A stretch of DNA of 30,363 bases from Myxococcota bacterium (GTDB lineage Bacteria; Myxococcota; JACRCW01). The stretch covers positions 1 to 30,363 of the forward strand of contig JBFMGU010000127.1 in the NCBI GenBank assembly GCA_040752415.1. The letters run 5' to 3'. Numbering within the stretch: the first letter of the stretch is position 1; each line of letters starts with the position of its first letter. Below are positions 8,610-17,381 of the stretch, in pieces. The notes under the pieces were generated by a model that ran no database searches, had not been told where the DNA came from, and saw only the letters and a list, made by a program, of their open reading frames with translations. Position numbers and translations under genes: made by a program.

Positions 8610-9284
8610 ATGGGTTCCTGGGCACGCAAGACGGAGCAGGTGAAGAAGGCCCTCACCACGGCGCTCACGCCGTTCCTCAAGACGCGCTTGCCGGAAGTGA
8701 AGGCGGCGGACGTGGCCCAGGATTTCATCAACAGCGGCTACCAGATCAGCATGGACCGCAGCGCCACGCGGTTGCGGCGGCGGCTGTACGCGCAGTGGGG
8801 CAAATGGGACCTGGTGGGCGGTGAGCTGGTGCACCTCACGGGGGAGGGCATCAAGGTCCGCGACGCCGCCCTGCAGCCCGACCCGCGCGAGGTGGGTGAC
8901 ATCTTCGTGGATTTGTTCCGCGTGGCCGCCATCTCCCGGACGTTGGGAGGCGTGAAGCAGCGGCTGAGCCCGGCGGACCGCGTGGCGTTCTGTCACCTGC
9001 TGCTCAACACGGTGCGCAAGGAGACCGCCAGTACCCAGCCGCCGTTCACCCCGGAACAGGTGGGCGTGCTGTTGACGCTGCACTCCGTGGAGGCCTCCCG
9101 CCAGGTGCGCAAGGACACGGTGCACGGGCACGTCAAGCGCTTCTTCCCGCAGTGGAACCTCACGCCGCCCAGCGAGGCCGACGTGGCCACGCACCTGCAG
9201 ACGCTGGAGAACGCCGGCGCCATCAAGAGCACCGACGACGGCACCGCCTGGTTCCTCAACGACCGCATCGTCTTCCCCTGGTGA
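8610..9284 (+). CDS. Hypothetical 224-aa protein with a probable C-terminal winged-helix-like domain
   Basis: GGAGG at 8596-8600 precedes ATG 8610; typical codon bias. The C-terminus (FTPEQVGVLLTL...EADVATHLQTLENAGAIKSTDDGTAWFL) has a helix-helix-hairpin pattern. Confidence 0.7.
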   Translation: MGSWARKTEQVKKALTTALTPFLKTRLPEVKAADVAQDFINSGYQISMDRSATRLRRRLYAQWGKWDLVGGELVHLTGEGIKVRDAALQPDPREVGDIFVDLFRVAAISRTLGGVKQRLSPADRVAFCHLLLNTVRKETASTQPPFTPEQVGVLLTLHSVEASRQVRKDTVHGHVKRFFPQWNLTPPSEADVATHLQTLENAGAIKSTDDGTAWFLNDRIVFPW

Positions 9285-9287
9285 AAC

Positions 9288-10604
9288 ATGCTGCGTCTGG
9301 TGGATGGCGCGTATGCCGTGGTGTCGAGGGCGCCGTGGGACAGCGAGGTGCGGTCCCTGGCGCATTCCCGTCGTCGCACCGTGGCGCCCGCGCATGGCGC
9401 CGAGCTGACGCGCCTGGCGCACGGCATCCCCGAGGACGAGGAGCCCGGGCCGCTCTTCTACGAGCTGCAGAGCGCCGGATTGGCGGACCGCGGCCTGGAC
9501 CCGGTGGACCCTGCCGTCAGCGCGCGTCTCGTCGAGCTGGGGGAGGGGTTCCGGTGGCACCTGCGCGCGCACCCGGGCGCCGACGAGCTGGTGGAGCTGC
9601 TGCGAAGGGCGCACACGCGCCGCAAGCTGAGCCTGTTCGAGCACGGGCAGACCGCGTGCCTGCCGGAGAGTGGCGCGTTGCGCTGCCTGGAGCTCACCGC
9701 GCGCATGGGACCGCGGCAGCGCGTGCTCATCATTGGCGACGACGATTTCCTCAGCCTGGCGCTCTCCCGGCTGGGCCACCGCGTCACCGTGGTGGACATC
9801 GACGAGGTGCTCATCGACTTCATCCGCCGCGTGGCCCACGACGAGGGACTCACCGTGGACGCGCGGGTCCAGGACGTCCTGCCGCCCATGCCGGAGGAGC
9901 TGCAGGCGGCCTTTGACGTCGTCATCACCGACCCGATGAGCTTTGAGGGCTGCTTCACCGCGTTCCTCTCCCGGGCGGTGAGCGCGGTGCCCGTGGGCGG
10001 CGCCATCTTCACGTGCGTGCACCCGCTGGCGCGGCAGGTGTTCCGACAGGTGGTGTGGGGGCTGCCGGTGGTCGTCGAGGAGTACCTGGCGGAGCTGAGC
10101 GCCTATTACTACGAGGGCTTCATCGAGAACTGGTACCGCTCCGACATGGTGGTGCTGCGTCGTGGGGACGGGGAGCCGCGCTGGCGCACCACCGAGGCCA
10201 TCCCACTGCACAACATCATTGCCGGCAAGCTCGCGGACCGGATGCACGGCTTCACCGACGTGCGCCCCGTGCCCTTCCAGCGCCCGCGCTTCTCCGACGT
10301 GGAGGCCACCCTTGATGGGCTGCTGGCGCGCCTGGGGACCCTGGTGGAGCGTCACGTCCACGTGGGCGAGCGGCACGCGCACTACTACGCCGCGCTCAAG
10401 GACGGCGGACACGTGGCCCTGGTGTTCGACCAGCAGACCGGCGCGTTCAGCTACGACCTCTTCCCCAGCACCGCCGAGATCGAGGCCACGTTCTGTTCCG
10501 CGTTCGGCCGGATGATGCCGTTGGCGCGGACGGTGACGTTCCGAAGGGAAGCGGTCTCGTTGGGAGCGCCGGCGCCGGTCACGCGCAAGAAGCAGCGCGC
10601 CTGA
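9288..10604 (+). CDS. BpsA/DUF43-family (N4-bis(aminopropyl)spermidine synthase-like) protein with an extra C-terminal domain
   Basis: VLIIGDDDFLSLAL, VTVVDIDEVLIDFI, QDVLPPMPEELQAAFDVVITDP and AFLSRAV follow the BpsA motif order (GDDD; DID; D-x-x-x-P-(L/M)-P; FD...TDP). Confidence 0.75.
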   Translation: MLRLVDGAYAVVSRAPWDSEVRSLAHSRRRTVAPAHGAELTRLAHGIPEDEEPGPLFYELQSAGLADRGLDPVDPAVSARLVELGEGFRWHLRAHPGADELVELLRRAHTRRKLSLFEHGQTACLPESGALRCLELTARMGPRQRVLIIGDDDFLSLALSRLGHRVTVVDIDEVLIDFIRRVAHDEGLTVDARVQDVLPPMPEELQAAFDVVITDPMSFEGCFTAFLSRAVSAVPVGGAIFTCVHPLARQVFRQVVWGLPVVVEEYLAELSAYYYEGFIENWYRSDMVVLRRGDGEPRWRTTEAIPLHNIIAGKLADRMHGFTDVRPVPFQRPRFSDVEATLDGLLARLGTLVERHVHVGERHAHYYAALKDGGHVALVFDQQTGAFSYDLFPSTAEIEATFCSAFGRMMPLARTVTFRREAVSLGAPAPVTRKKQRA

Positions 10605-10607
10605 GCG

Positions 10608-11765
10608 TCACGGCGTGGGCACCCAGCGCACGCGCGTCTCCGTGCCCAGCTTGAACTCCGTCTCGTCGCGCAGGCGCAGGCCGGGGACCTCCACGTCGTC
10701 GATGGTGCGCAGCCCGAAGGTGCTGGCGGTGTCCACGACGTAGAGGCCGTCTCCGTCGGAGAGCACCAGCGCGTGCACGCGGCTCACCGTGTCCGGCAGC
10801 TCAAAGGGAAGGTCCGCGCTCTCGCAGCGGTCGTAGCGGCCGAGGAGGACGCCGTCGCGCACCTGTGCGTCATACAGCGGGACCGTGGCGCTGCCGGCCT
10901 TGCACGCAATGGACAGCGTCCCCCGACGGTCCCCCGACATCACGCTCTGCGGCAGCTTCAGCGGCGAGGGTGCGGCATGGATGGAGACGCGCGAGTGGAA
11001 GTCCATGATGCCGCGGGCGCGTGCCGCGGTGCGCGTGCCGCTGGCGATCTTCATGCCGCTGATCTCGTCGTGGGGCAGGCGGCGTTGACGCGGGGAGGAC
11101 ATGCCGGGGACGCGCTCACGCGTGTCGAAGAAGACGCGGGGCGGCAGCGTGTCAAAGACCTCTCCGCCGTCATTGGAGCACCAGAGATCCTCACCGCCGA
11201 GCAGGATCATGAGCACGTAGCGACCGAGCCCGATGAACAGGTGCCCCTCCACGCTGACGCTCTCCAGCGGACGACCATCCTCGCCGGTGAGGCCGAGCCC
11301 GGTACGCAGGTCGATGAGCCGGACACGCAGATCCCCCGTCGGCAGCTTGCGCAGCACCATGATGGCGTGACGCAGCGAGACGGCGGGATCCGTCAGGCAC
11401 AGCTGGCAGCGCTCATGCCGACCGATGGAGAGCGATGCCGGTTGCCCGTCGGGCTGGGCGATGACGCGGACGGCGGCGGACACTCCGCGCGCGGGATCCA
11501 CCGCGGCGACGAGCGCACCATTCTCCGGCGTCCCGCGGTAGGCCGTGCGCACGGCGTCCAGGCGCGCGTGGAAGAGCTCCCGCACCGGGAGACCGCGAAG
11601 CTGCAGCGCGGCCTCGATGGCGCCGCGGGGAAGCATGCGCGTGCTCTGGTTGCGCAGGCCGAACTCGGCGGGGAATCCGTCGGGGTCACGCTGGGGCGGC
11701 GGCTCGGTGGGGATCTGGAATTGGCCGGTGGGATTGTCTTCCCGTCGCGGCGGTGGGCGCGTCAT
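10608..11765 (-). CDS. Protein with two FHA domains
   Basis: Two GR...S-x-x-H motifs: [21 protein letters not shown] and LGRYDRC...TVSRVHALV...DTASTFG. The start overlaps the moaC stop (ATGA). Confidence 0.85.
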   Translation of the reverse strand: MTRPPPRREDNPTGQFQIPTEPPPQRDPDGFPAEFGLRNQSTRMLPRGAIEAALQLRGLPVRELFHARLDAVRTAYRGTPENGALVAAVDPARGVSAAVRVIAQPDGQPASLSIGRHERCQLCLTDPAVSLRHAIMVLRKLPTGDLRVRLIDLRTGLGLTGEDGRPLESVSVEGHLFIGLGRYVLMILLGGEDLWCSNDGGEVFDTLPPRVFFDTRERVPGMSSPRQRRLPHDEISGMKIASGTRTAARARGIMDFHSRVSIHAAPSPLKLPQSVMSGDRRGTLSIACKAGSATVPLYDAQVRDGVLLGRYDRCESADLPFELPDTVSRVHALVLSDGDGLYVVDTASTFGLRTIDDVEVPGLRLRDETEFKLGTETRVRWVPTP

Positions 11766-12259
11766 GACTTCCCCCGACGGTACGAGCCGGAGACGCCGCC
11801 GTGCTTCTCCAGGAGGTTGATGCCCTCGATCACCATCTCGCGGTCCACGGCCTTGAGCATGTCATAGACGCACAACGCTGCACACGTGACCGCGGTCAGC
11901 GCTTCCATCTCCACGCCGGTGCGCCCCTCGGTCCGGACCGACGCCACGATCTCCACGCCCGGCAGGCTGGGCCGGGGTGTGAGATCCACCTGCACGTGGG
12001 ACAGCGCCAGCGGGTGGCACAACGGGATGAGCTCATGCGTGCGCTTGGCGCCCATGATCCCGGCAAGACGCGCGGTGCCGAGGACGTCGCCCTTCTTGGC
12101 CTGGCCCTTGAGCATCAGGTTGAACGTGCCGCGCTTCATGCGCACGCGCCCCTCCGCGACGGCGGTGCGGCTGGTGACGGCCTTGTCTCCCACGTCCACC
12201 ATGCGGGCCGTGCCGTCCGCGGCCAGGTGACTCAAGGTAGGCCTTTTGTCGCGCGCCAT
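11762..12259 (-). CDS. moaC: Cyclic pyranopterin monophosphate synthase MoaC
   Basis: [60 protein letters not shown]. Confidence 0.97.
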   Translation of the reverse strand: MARDKRPTLSHLAADGTARMVDVGDKAVTSRTAVAEGRVRMKRGTFNLMLKGQAKKGDVLGTARLAGIMGAKRTHELIPLCHPLALSHVQVDLTPRPSLPGVEIVASVRTEGRTGVEMEALTAVTCAALCVYDMLKAVDREMVIEGINLLEKHGGVSGSYRRGKS

Positions 12260-12329
12260 GCGTCCGTCCTATCATCCGCCGGCGCCGGGCGCGCGGGGGG
12301 CGCCCAACCGGAAAGGTCTCGAGCGACGG

Positions 12330-14210
12330 ATGCGTCTGCAGACCCAGCTCACGCTCCTGCTGGTCTTCGTGGCGGTGGTGCCCGTGGCGGTCAGCGGCGG
12401 GACCAGCGCCGTGCTGAGTCGTTCCTCGTTGGAGCAGCTGCTGGAGGCCCGTCTCATCGGCGAGGCGCGCCACGTGGCGGAACGTGCCGATGGGTTTGTC
12501 AGCAGCGCGCTCACCGACCTGCGCCTGGGCTCGACGGCGATCCGCCTGGAAGGGCTCTCCCCCGACGAGCAGGAAGGCGCGCTCTCGCTCATCTACCGTC
12601 AACGCGACGCGTACAACGTGGTGGCGCTGATCAGTGAGACCGGCGACGGATTGGGCGCGCCCGTCTACCTGGAACAGGGCACCAACGACCCCGAGCTGAA
12701 GGGGCGCGAGGTGATGACCACCGCGGACCTGGAGGCGTTCTCCCGTCGGGTGCCGTTGGCCGCCGCGCTGGCCGCGGGTGCCGCCGTGGGGCCGCCGTAC
12801 GTCGTGGAGAGCAAGTCGCATCCGCTCATGGCGCTGGCCGTGGCGGTTCCGCTGGGGGGCGGCAAGCGCGGTGTCATTGCCGTGGAGCTCTCGCTGGCCT
12901 CCCTGGCCGAGCGCGTGGCCGAGGCCGCGGAGGATGCACACGGCGTGGCATTCCTCGTCGACAACGAGCTGCATCCGTTTGCTGCGAAGAAGGCGGAGTC
13001 CGCTCCGGTGGTGGTGCCCACTGCCACGTTGCCCGCCCAGCTGGGCAAGGCCCTGGCCCCTTCCGCCACGACGTCGGGAAGCCTGCGTGAGACATGGGAC
13101 ACCACCGAGATGGTGACGGCGTACGCGCGACTGGACCGATTGCCGTGGGCCGTGGTGGTGGCGGAAGACGCGGCAGGCGCGTTTGCACCGGCGCGACAGA
13201 TCCTCCTGCAGTCCGCGTTCTGGGTGCTGGTGGCGCTGCTCTGCGCGGTGGTGGCGGGAACCATCCTGGCGCGCGGCGTGAGCGGTCCCGTCGACGAGCT
13301 GGTGAAGGCGGCGCAGGCCTTCCAGAAGGGTGATTTCACACACCGCACTCCCACGCTGCCGCTGGCCGAGCTGCAACGCGTGGGCGCGGCGTTCAACCAG
13401 ATGGCGGCGGAGGTGCAGGCCCGCGACGAGGAGCTGCGCAAGTACAACGCCGAGCTGGAGAAGCGCGTGGAGGAACGCACCCGCGACCTCAAGGAAGCGC
13501 AGGACCAGCTCATCCAGAGCCAGAAGATGGCCGCGGTGGGCGAGCTGGGCGCCGGCGTGGCGCACGAGATCAACAATCCGCTGGCCGGTCTGCTGGGCAC
13601 CACGCAGCTCATGATGCTGCGCGCCAAGGAAGGCGATCCCACGCTGCCGCAGCTCCGTGACATCGAGCGGGAAGCGCTGCGCATCCGCGACATTGTCCAG
13701 AACCTCATGGCCATCACGCCGCAGAAGGGTTCCAGCGGGGAGACCATGGTGGAGGTGAACCGTGTCGTCGAGGGGGCGCTCAGCCTGATGACGCGGCCGA
13801 TTGTGGCGCAGCGCATCCAGGTGCGCAAAGAGCTGGATCCCAACCTGCCCAAGGTGCGCGGTCGCGCCGCGGACCTGCAACAGGCGCTGCTGGCCCTGCT
13901 CTCCAACGCCAAGAACGCCATGCCCGAGGGCGGGGTGCTCACGCTGACCACCCGCGCCGTCGACGGGAAGCTGGTGAAGCTCTCCGTCTCCGACACCGGC
14001 AAGGGCATTCCCGCCGAGATCCAGGACCGCATCTGGGAGCCGTTCTTCACCACCAAGCCCGTCCCCGAGGCCAAGGGACTGGGGCTCACCCTGGTGCACC
14101 GCATCATGCAGGACCACGGCGCGCGCGTGACGGTGGAGAGCGAGGTGGGCAAAGGCAGCACCTTCCACGTCACGCTGGCGGCCACCCGGGAGAAGATGCA
14201 CCTGGTGTGA
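12330..14210 (+). CDS. Membrane sensor histidine kinase (Cache-like sensor, HAMP, HisKA, HATPase)
   Basis: Two TM helices flank an extracytoplasmic domain. HAMP (GPVDEL...ELQRVGAAFNQM), H-box AGVAHEINNPL, NAKNAM, DTGKGI, PFFTTK, GLGL. The start at ATG 12330 is inferred. Confidence 0.9.
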   Translation: MRLQTQLTLLLVFVAVVPVAVSGGTSAVLSRSSLEQLLEARLIGEARHVAERADGFVSSALTDLRLGSTAIRLEGLSPDEQEGALSLIYRQRDAYNVVALISETGDGLGAPVYLEQGTNDPELKGREVMTTADLEAFSRRVPLAAALAAGAAVGPPYVVESKSHPLMALAVAVPLGGGKRGVIAVELSLASLAERVAEAAEDAHGVAFLVDNELHPFAAKKAESAPVVVPTATLPAQLGKALAPSATTSGSLRETWDTTEMVTAYARLDRLPWAVVVAEDAAGAFAPARQILLQSAFWVLVALLCAVVAGTILARGVSGPVDELVKAAQAFQKGDFTHRTPTLPLAELQRVGAAFNQMAAEVQARDEELRKYNAELEKRVEERTRDLKEAQDQLIQSQKMAAVGELGAGVAHEINNPLAGLLGTTQLMMLRAKEGDPTLPQLRDIEREALRIRDIVQNLMAITPQKGSSGETMVEVNRVVEGALSLMTRPIVAQRIQVRKELDPNLPKVRGRAADLQQALLALLSNAKNAMPEGGVLTLTTRAVDGKLVKLSVSDTGKGIPAEIQDRIWEPFFTTKPVPEAKGLGLTLVHRIMQDHGARVTVESEVGKGSTFHVTLAATREKMHLV

Positions 14211-14261
14211 AGGCGTGGGATGCTGCGCGTCCAGCGGCTTGTGGCGCGGGGAGGAGTCTTC

Positions 14262-15008
14262 ATGGACCGGACGCGCATCCTGGTGGTGGAAGACGAGACG
14301 ACGCTGCGTTCCATCCTGGGCACCGTGCTGGAGGAGGCCGGACACCAGGTGCACACGGTCTCGACGGGGGAGGAGGCCCTGGAGCGGCTCCCGCGCGAGA
14401 GCTACGACGTGGTCATCACCGACAAGAACCTGCCGGGCATCACCGGGCTGGAGCTGAAGCAGCGCGTGGGCCAGCAACACCCGCAGCTGCGCATGATCCT
14501 CGTGACCGGGTATCCGAGCGTGGGCGCGGCCGTGGAGGCGCTGGAGGAGGGATTCCTGGCGTTCCTGGTCAAGCCGTTCCAGCGGCTGGACGAGCCCACG
14601 GCGGAGGTGGGTCGGGTGATGCGGCTGCGCACGCCGCACGAACGGCACGCGCGCTCCCAGGCGCTGAAGGCCCGCATCGAGGGGGACACCACGCACGCCG
14701 CGCCGGCCAGCGCGCTCATCATCGGCTCCGCGCCGGACACGCAGATCCTGGCGGCGCGCGTGGGAGCCGCGCGGACGGTGTGCGTTCCCGACGTGGACGC
14801 GGCCCAGGCCGCACTGGGGCAGACGCAGTTTGGCGCCGTGGTGGCCACGGAGGTCAGCGCGTTGATTGACACGCGCAGCCGGCTGGAGGATGCCGCCATG
14901 GCGCTGGCCGCGGATGCCTCGTTTGCGGACGTGCTCGAGCTCATCCGCGTTGGCGCGTCGCTGGCAATTCCGCCGCAGGCGCTGTCTTCCGTGGAGGCCC
15001 AGGCGTGA
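14262..15008 (+). CDS. Response regulator (REC plus degenerate REC-like C-terminal domain)
   Basis: GAGGAG RBS before ATG 14262. RILVVEDE, VITDKNLPG, VTGY, KPF. Confidence 0.88.
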   Translation: MDRTRILVVEDETTLRSILGTVLEEAGHQVHTVSTGEEALERLPRESYDVVITDKNLPGITGLELKQRVGQQHPQLRMILVTGYPSVGAAVEALEEGFLAFLVKPFQRLDEPTAEVGRVMRLRTPHERHARSQALKARIEGDTTHAAPASALIIGSAPDTQILAARVGAARTVCVPDVDAAQAALGQTQFGAVVATEVSALIDTRSRLEDAAMALAADASFADVLELIRVGASLAIPPQALSSVEAQA

Positions 15009-15523
15009 GTACCGAGGAGAACCGTCGCGCGACCATCCTGGTGGTCGAGGATGAAGACGTGGTGCGCCGCATCCTGGCGGCCATCCTGCAAGACCTGGGA
15101 CACACCGTGCTGGAGGCGCGCGACGGCGAGGAGGCCACGGGCCTGCTGGACCAGCACGTCGTGGACCTGCTCATCTCCGACAAGAACCTCCCCGGCATCA
15201 GCGGCCTGGACCTCATGCGCGCCTGCAAGGAGAAGCGCCCCGACGCGGAGGTCATCATGGTCACCGGCTACGCCTCGTATGAGAGCGCGGTGGAGGCGCT
15301 GCGCCTGGGCGCGTGCGAGTACATCGAGAAGCCATTCCTGGACCTGGTGGCCATCCGCAACCGCGTGCAGCAGGCCATTGAGCGCAAGTTCTCCCGTGAG
15401 CTGCCGCTGCGGCCCGTGGCCCTGGCGGAGCGCCTGGCGACGGCGTTGAAGTCCTCCGGCAACCCGCGCGAGCGCGAGGCCGTGCCGCTGGCCGAGCAGC
15501 TGGTCACCGCGCTCAAGTCCTGA
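15005..15523 (+). CDS. Response regulator (REC with a short helical tail)
   Basis: ILVVEDE, ISDKNLPG, VTGY, ALRLGACEYIEKPF. GTGA overlap with the upstream gene. Confidence 0.9.
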   Translation: MSTEENRRATILVVEDEDVVRRILAAILQDLGHTVLEARDGEEATGLLDQHVVDLLISDKNLPGISGLDLMRACKEKRPDAEVIMVTGYASYESAVEALRLGACEYIEKPFLDLVAIRNRVQQAIERKFSRELPLRPVALAERLATALKSSGNPREREAVPLAEQLVTALKS

Positions 15524-15575
15524 CCCGCGCTTCCCGCGTGCCTGGGGTGGGGACGACGGCTATGGTGCGCCGGCC

Positions 15576-17312
15576 ATGTCCCAGTCCACCGCCACCGTGA
15601 CCGCGCCCCTGCCCGCGCCGGACGTCCCCACGTCGTCACCGACGCCCGCGGCCAAGGTCACCTGGCGCATGCGCGGCCTGGCGCTGCTCTCCGCTCTGCT
15701 CTACCCGCTGAGCCATCCCTTCGTCTGGCCCGGCGACACGTCGCTGGAGACGGTGCCGCAGTCCGTCACGCAGTACCTGGCGTTCTTCTGCCTGGTCCCC
15801 GTCCTCGTCGCTGCTCGCAAGCTCACGCCGTGGCGCGCCTACCTCTTCAGCATGTGGTTCCTGGTGCCGGGCACGTTCCTGCTCCTCTACTGGCTCATCA
15901 TCGCCATGAACGTGCACGGGCACATCCCGCTGGTGTTCTCGTCGATGTTGCTGCTGCTGCTCAGCGTGGGCGGGTGGCAGTACCTGGGCACCGCCATTGT
16001 CACGCCGATGATCCTGGAGAAGCACTTCCGCTTCCGCTCATGGTGGACCATCCCGGTGTGCTGGACCGGCATGGAGATGGCGCGCGCGCACGTCTACTTC
16101 GGCGGCTTCTCATGGGGGAACCTGGGCGCCAGCCAGTTCAAGAACCTCCCCGTGCTGCAGTTGGGCGCGCTGGGTGGCGTGTACATCATCATCTTCGTCA
16201 TGGCGTTCAGCAACGCGGTGCTCTTCGAGGTGGCGCGTTGGTACCTGCGGGAGCGGGTGTTTCCGTCGAAGCTGGTGGCCGCCCTCGTCGGGGTGCTGGT
16301 CCTCACGTACGCGCACGGCTTCTGGCGCATCCAGCACGTGGATGAGCTGCAGGCGGCGGCGCCCAAGGTTCGCGTGGGCATGCTGCAGGGGAACATCGAG
16401 CAGGGCATCAAGAACAAAGACTGGCAGCACACCGACTTCATCGTCAGCAAGTACGAGAAGCTGCAGAAGGAAGCGCTGGCCAAGGGTGCCGACGTCATCA
16501 TCTGGCCGGAGGCCGCCTACCCGCAGGCGCTCCCGCGTGACGACGGCAGCGCGGCGGGAAAGCGCTTCCCCAGCCTGGAGCACGCCTCCGGCGTCATTGG
16601 CGCCACCGTGTACTGGCGCGAGCCGCCGCTGCTCTCTCCCGAGGAATGCCGGGAGGATCCCAAGAACCCGGATTGCCGCAGCCGCGCGTACCTGCACAAC
16701 AGCGCCGTGGTGATGCGCAATGACCTCACCATCCTGGGCCGTTTTGACAAGACGCACCTGGTGCCGTTTGGCGAGTACGTGCCGTGGCCCTTTGGCAAGA
16801 TTGCCAAGGCCATTGTCCCCAACATTGCCACCATCAAGCCGGGCGCCAGCTTTGAGCCGGTGGAGCTGCCCACGCCGGCGTCGCATCCGCGCGTGGCGTC
16901 GTTGATCTGCTACGAGGGCGTGTTCCCGCAGTACGCGCGCAAGTTCGCCGCCGCGGGCGCGGAGCTGCTGGTCAACGTGACGAATGACGCGTGGTACGGC
17001 ATCAGCTCCGCCGCGCCGCAACACCTGGCGTTCTATTCCGTGCGCGCCGCGGAGACCGGCCGGGCGGTGGCGCGCGTGGCCAACACCGGAATTACGGCGG
17101 GAATTGATCCGCTGGGCAGGATCCTGAGCCCCAGCCGCGTGTTCGAGGACGCGGTGGTGGTGGTGGACCTGCCGGTGATGCGTGAGAAGACCCTCTACAC
17201 GCACATTGGCGACGTGCTGGGCTGGATCTGCCTGGTGCCGTATGCGTTTGCGCTCATGCTGGGCGTGGGCACCTGGTGGCGCGGGCGCAAGGTGCGGACC
17301 GCCGCGGCGTGA
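15576..17312 (+). CDS. lnt: Apolipoprotein N-acyltransferase
   Basis: Multiple TM helices, QGNI, WPEAA, DKTHLVPFGEYVP, ICYE, VNVTNDAWYG, QHL, RAAE, RVANTGIT (E-K-C triad present). Confidence 0.96.
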   Translation: MSQSTATVTAPLPAPDVPTSSPTPAAKVTWRMRGLALLSALLYPLSHPFVWPGDTSLETVPQSVTQYLAFFCLVPVLVAARKLTPWRAYLFSMWFLVPGTFLLLYWLIIAMNVHGHIPLVFSSMLLLLLSVGGWQYLGTAIVTPMILEKHFRFRSWWTIPVCWTGMEMARAHVYFGGFSWGNLGASQFKNLPVLQLGALGGVYIIIFVMAFSNAVLFEVARWYLRERVFPSKLVAALVGVLVLTYAHGFWRIQHVDELQAAAPKVRVGMLQGNIEQGIKNKDWQHTDFIVSKYEKLQKEALAKGADVIIWPEAAYPQALPRDDGSAAGKRFPSLEHASGVIGATVYWREPPLLSPEECREDPKNPDCRSRAYLHNSAVVMRNDLTILGRFDKTHLVPFGEYVPWPFGKIAKAIVPNIATIKPGASFEPVELPTPASHPRVASLICYEGVFPQYARKFAAAGAELLVNVTNDAWYGISSAAPQHLAFYSVRAAETGRAVARVANTGITAGIDPLGRILSPSRVFEDAVVVVDLPVMREKTLYTHIGDVLGWICLVPYAFALMLGVGTWWRGRKVRTAAA

Positions 17313-17381
17313 GGCGGCCTTTCCGACCGTGCAACGTTGCGCTATTCCGCGCATCCCACGAAGTGGAAACAGGAGCGGAAG

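Noticed and set aside
8249..8731. 161-aa N-terminal extension of the Gly-rich ORF given in the track
   Set aside because: It lacks codon bias and overlaps the divergent gene, and there is a good RBS at ATG 8248.
8007..10412. 801-aa minus-strand ORF
   Set aside because: It is antisense to two well-supported genes and has the His/Arg/Gly-rich composition of a shadow ORF.
12033..14696. 887-aa and 563-aa minus-strand ORFs
   Set aside because: They are shadows of the histidine kinase and response regulator genes.
17331..17340. Palindrome GCAACGTTGC upstream of prfB (CAACGTTG also near 24127)
   Set aside because: It is short, has no known regulator, and is compatible with chance.
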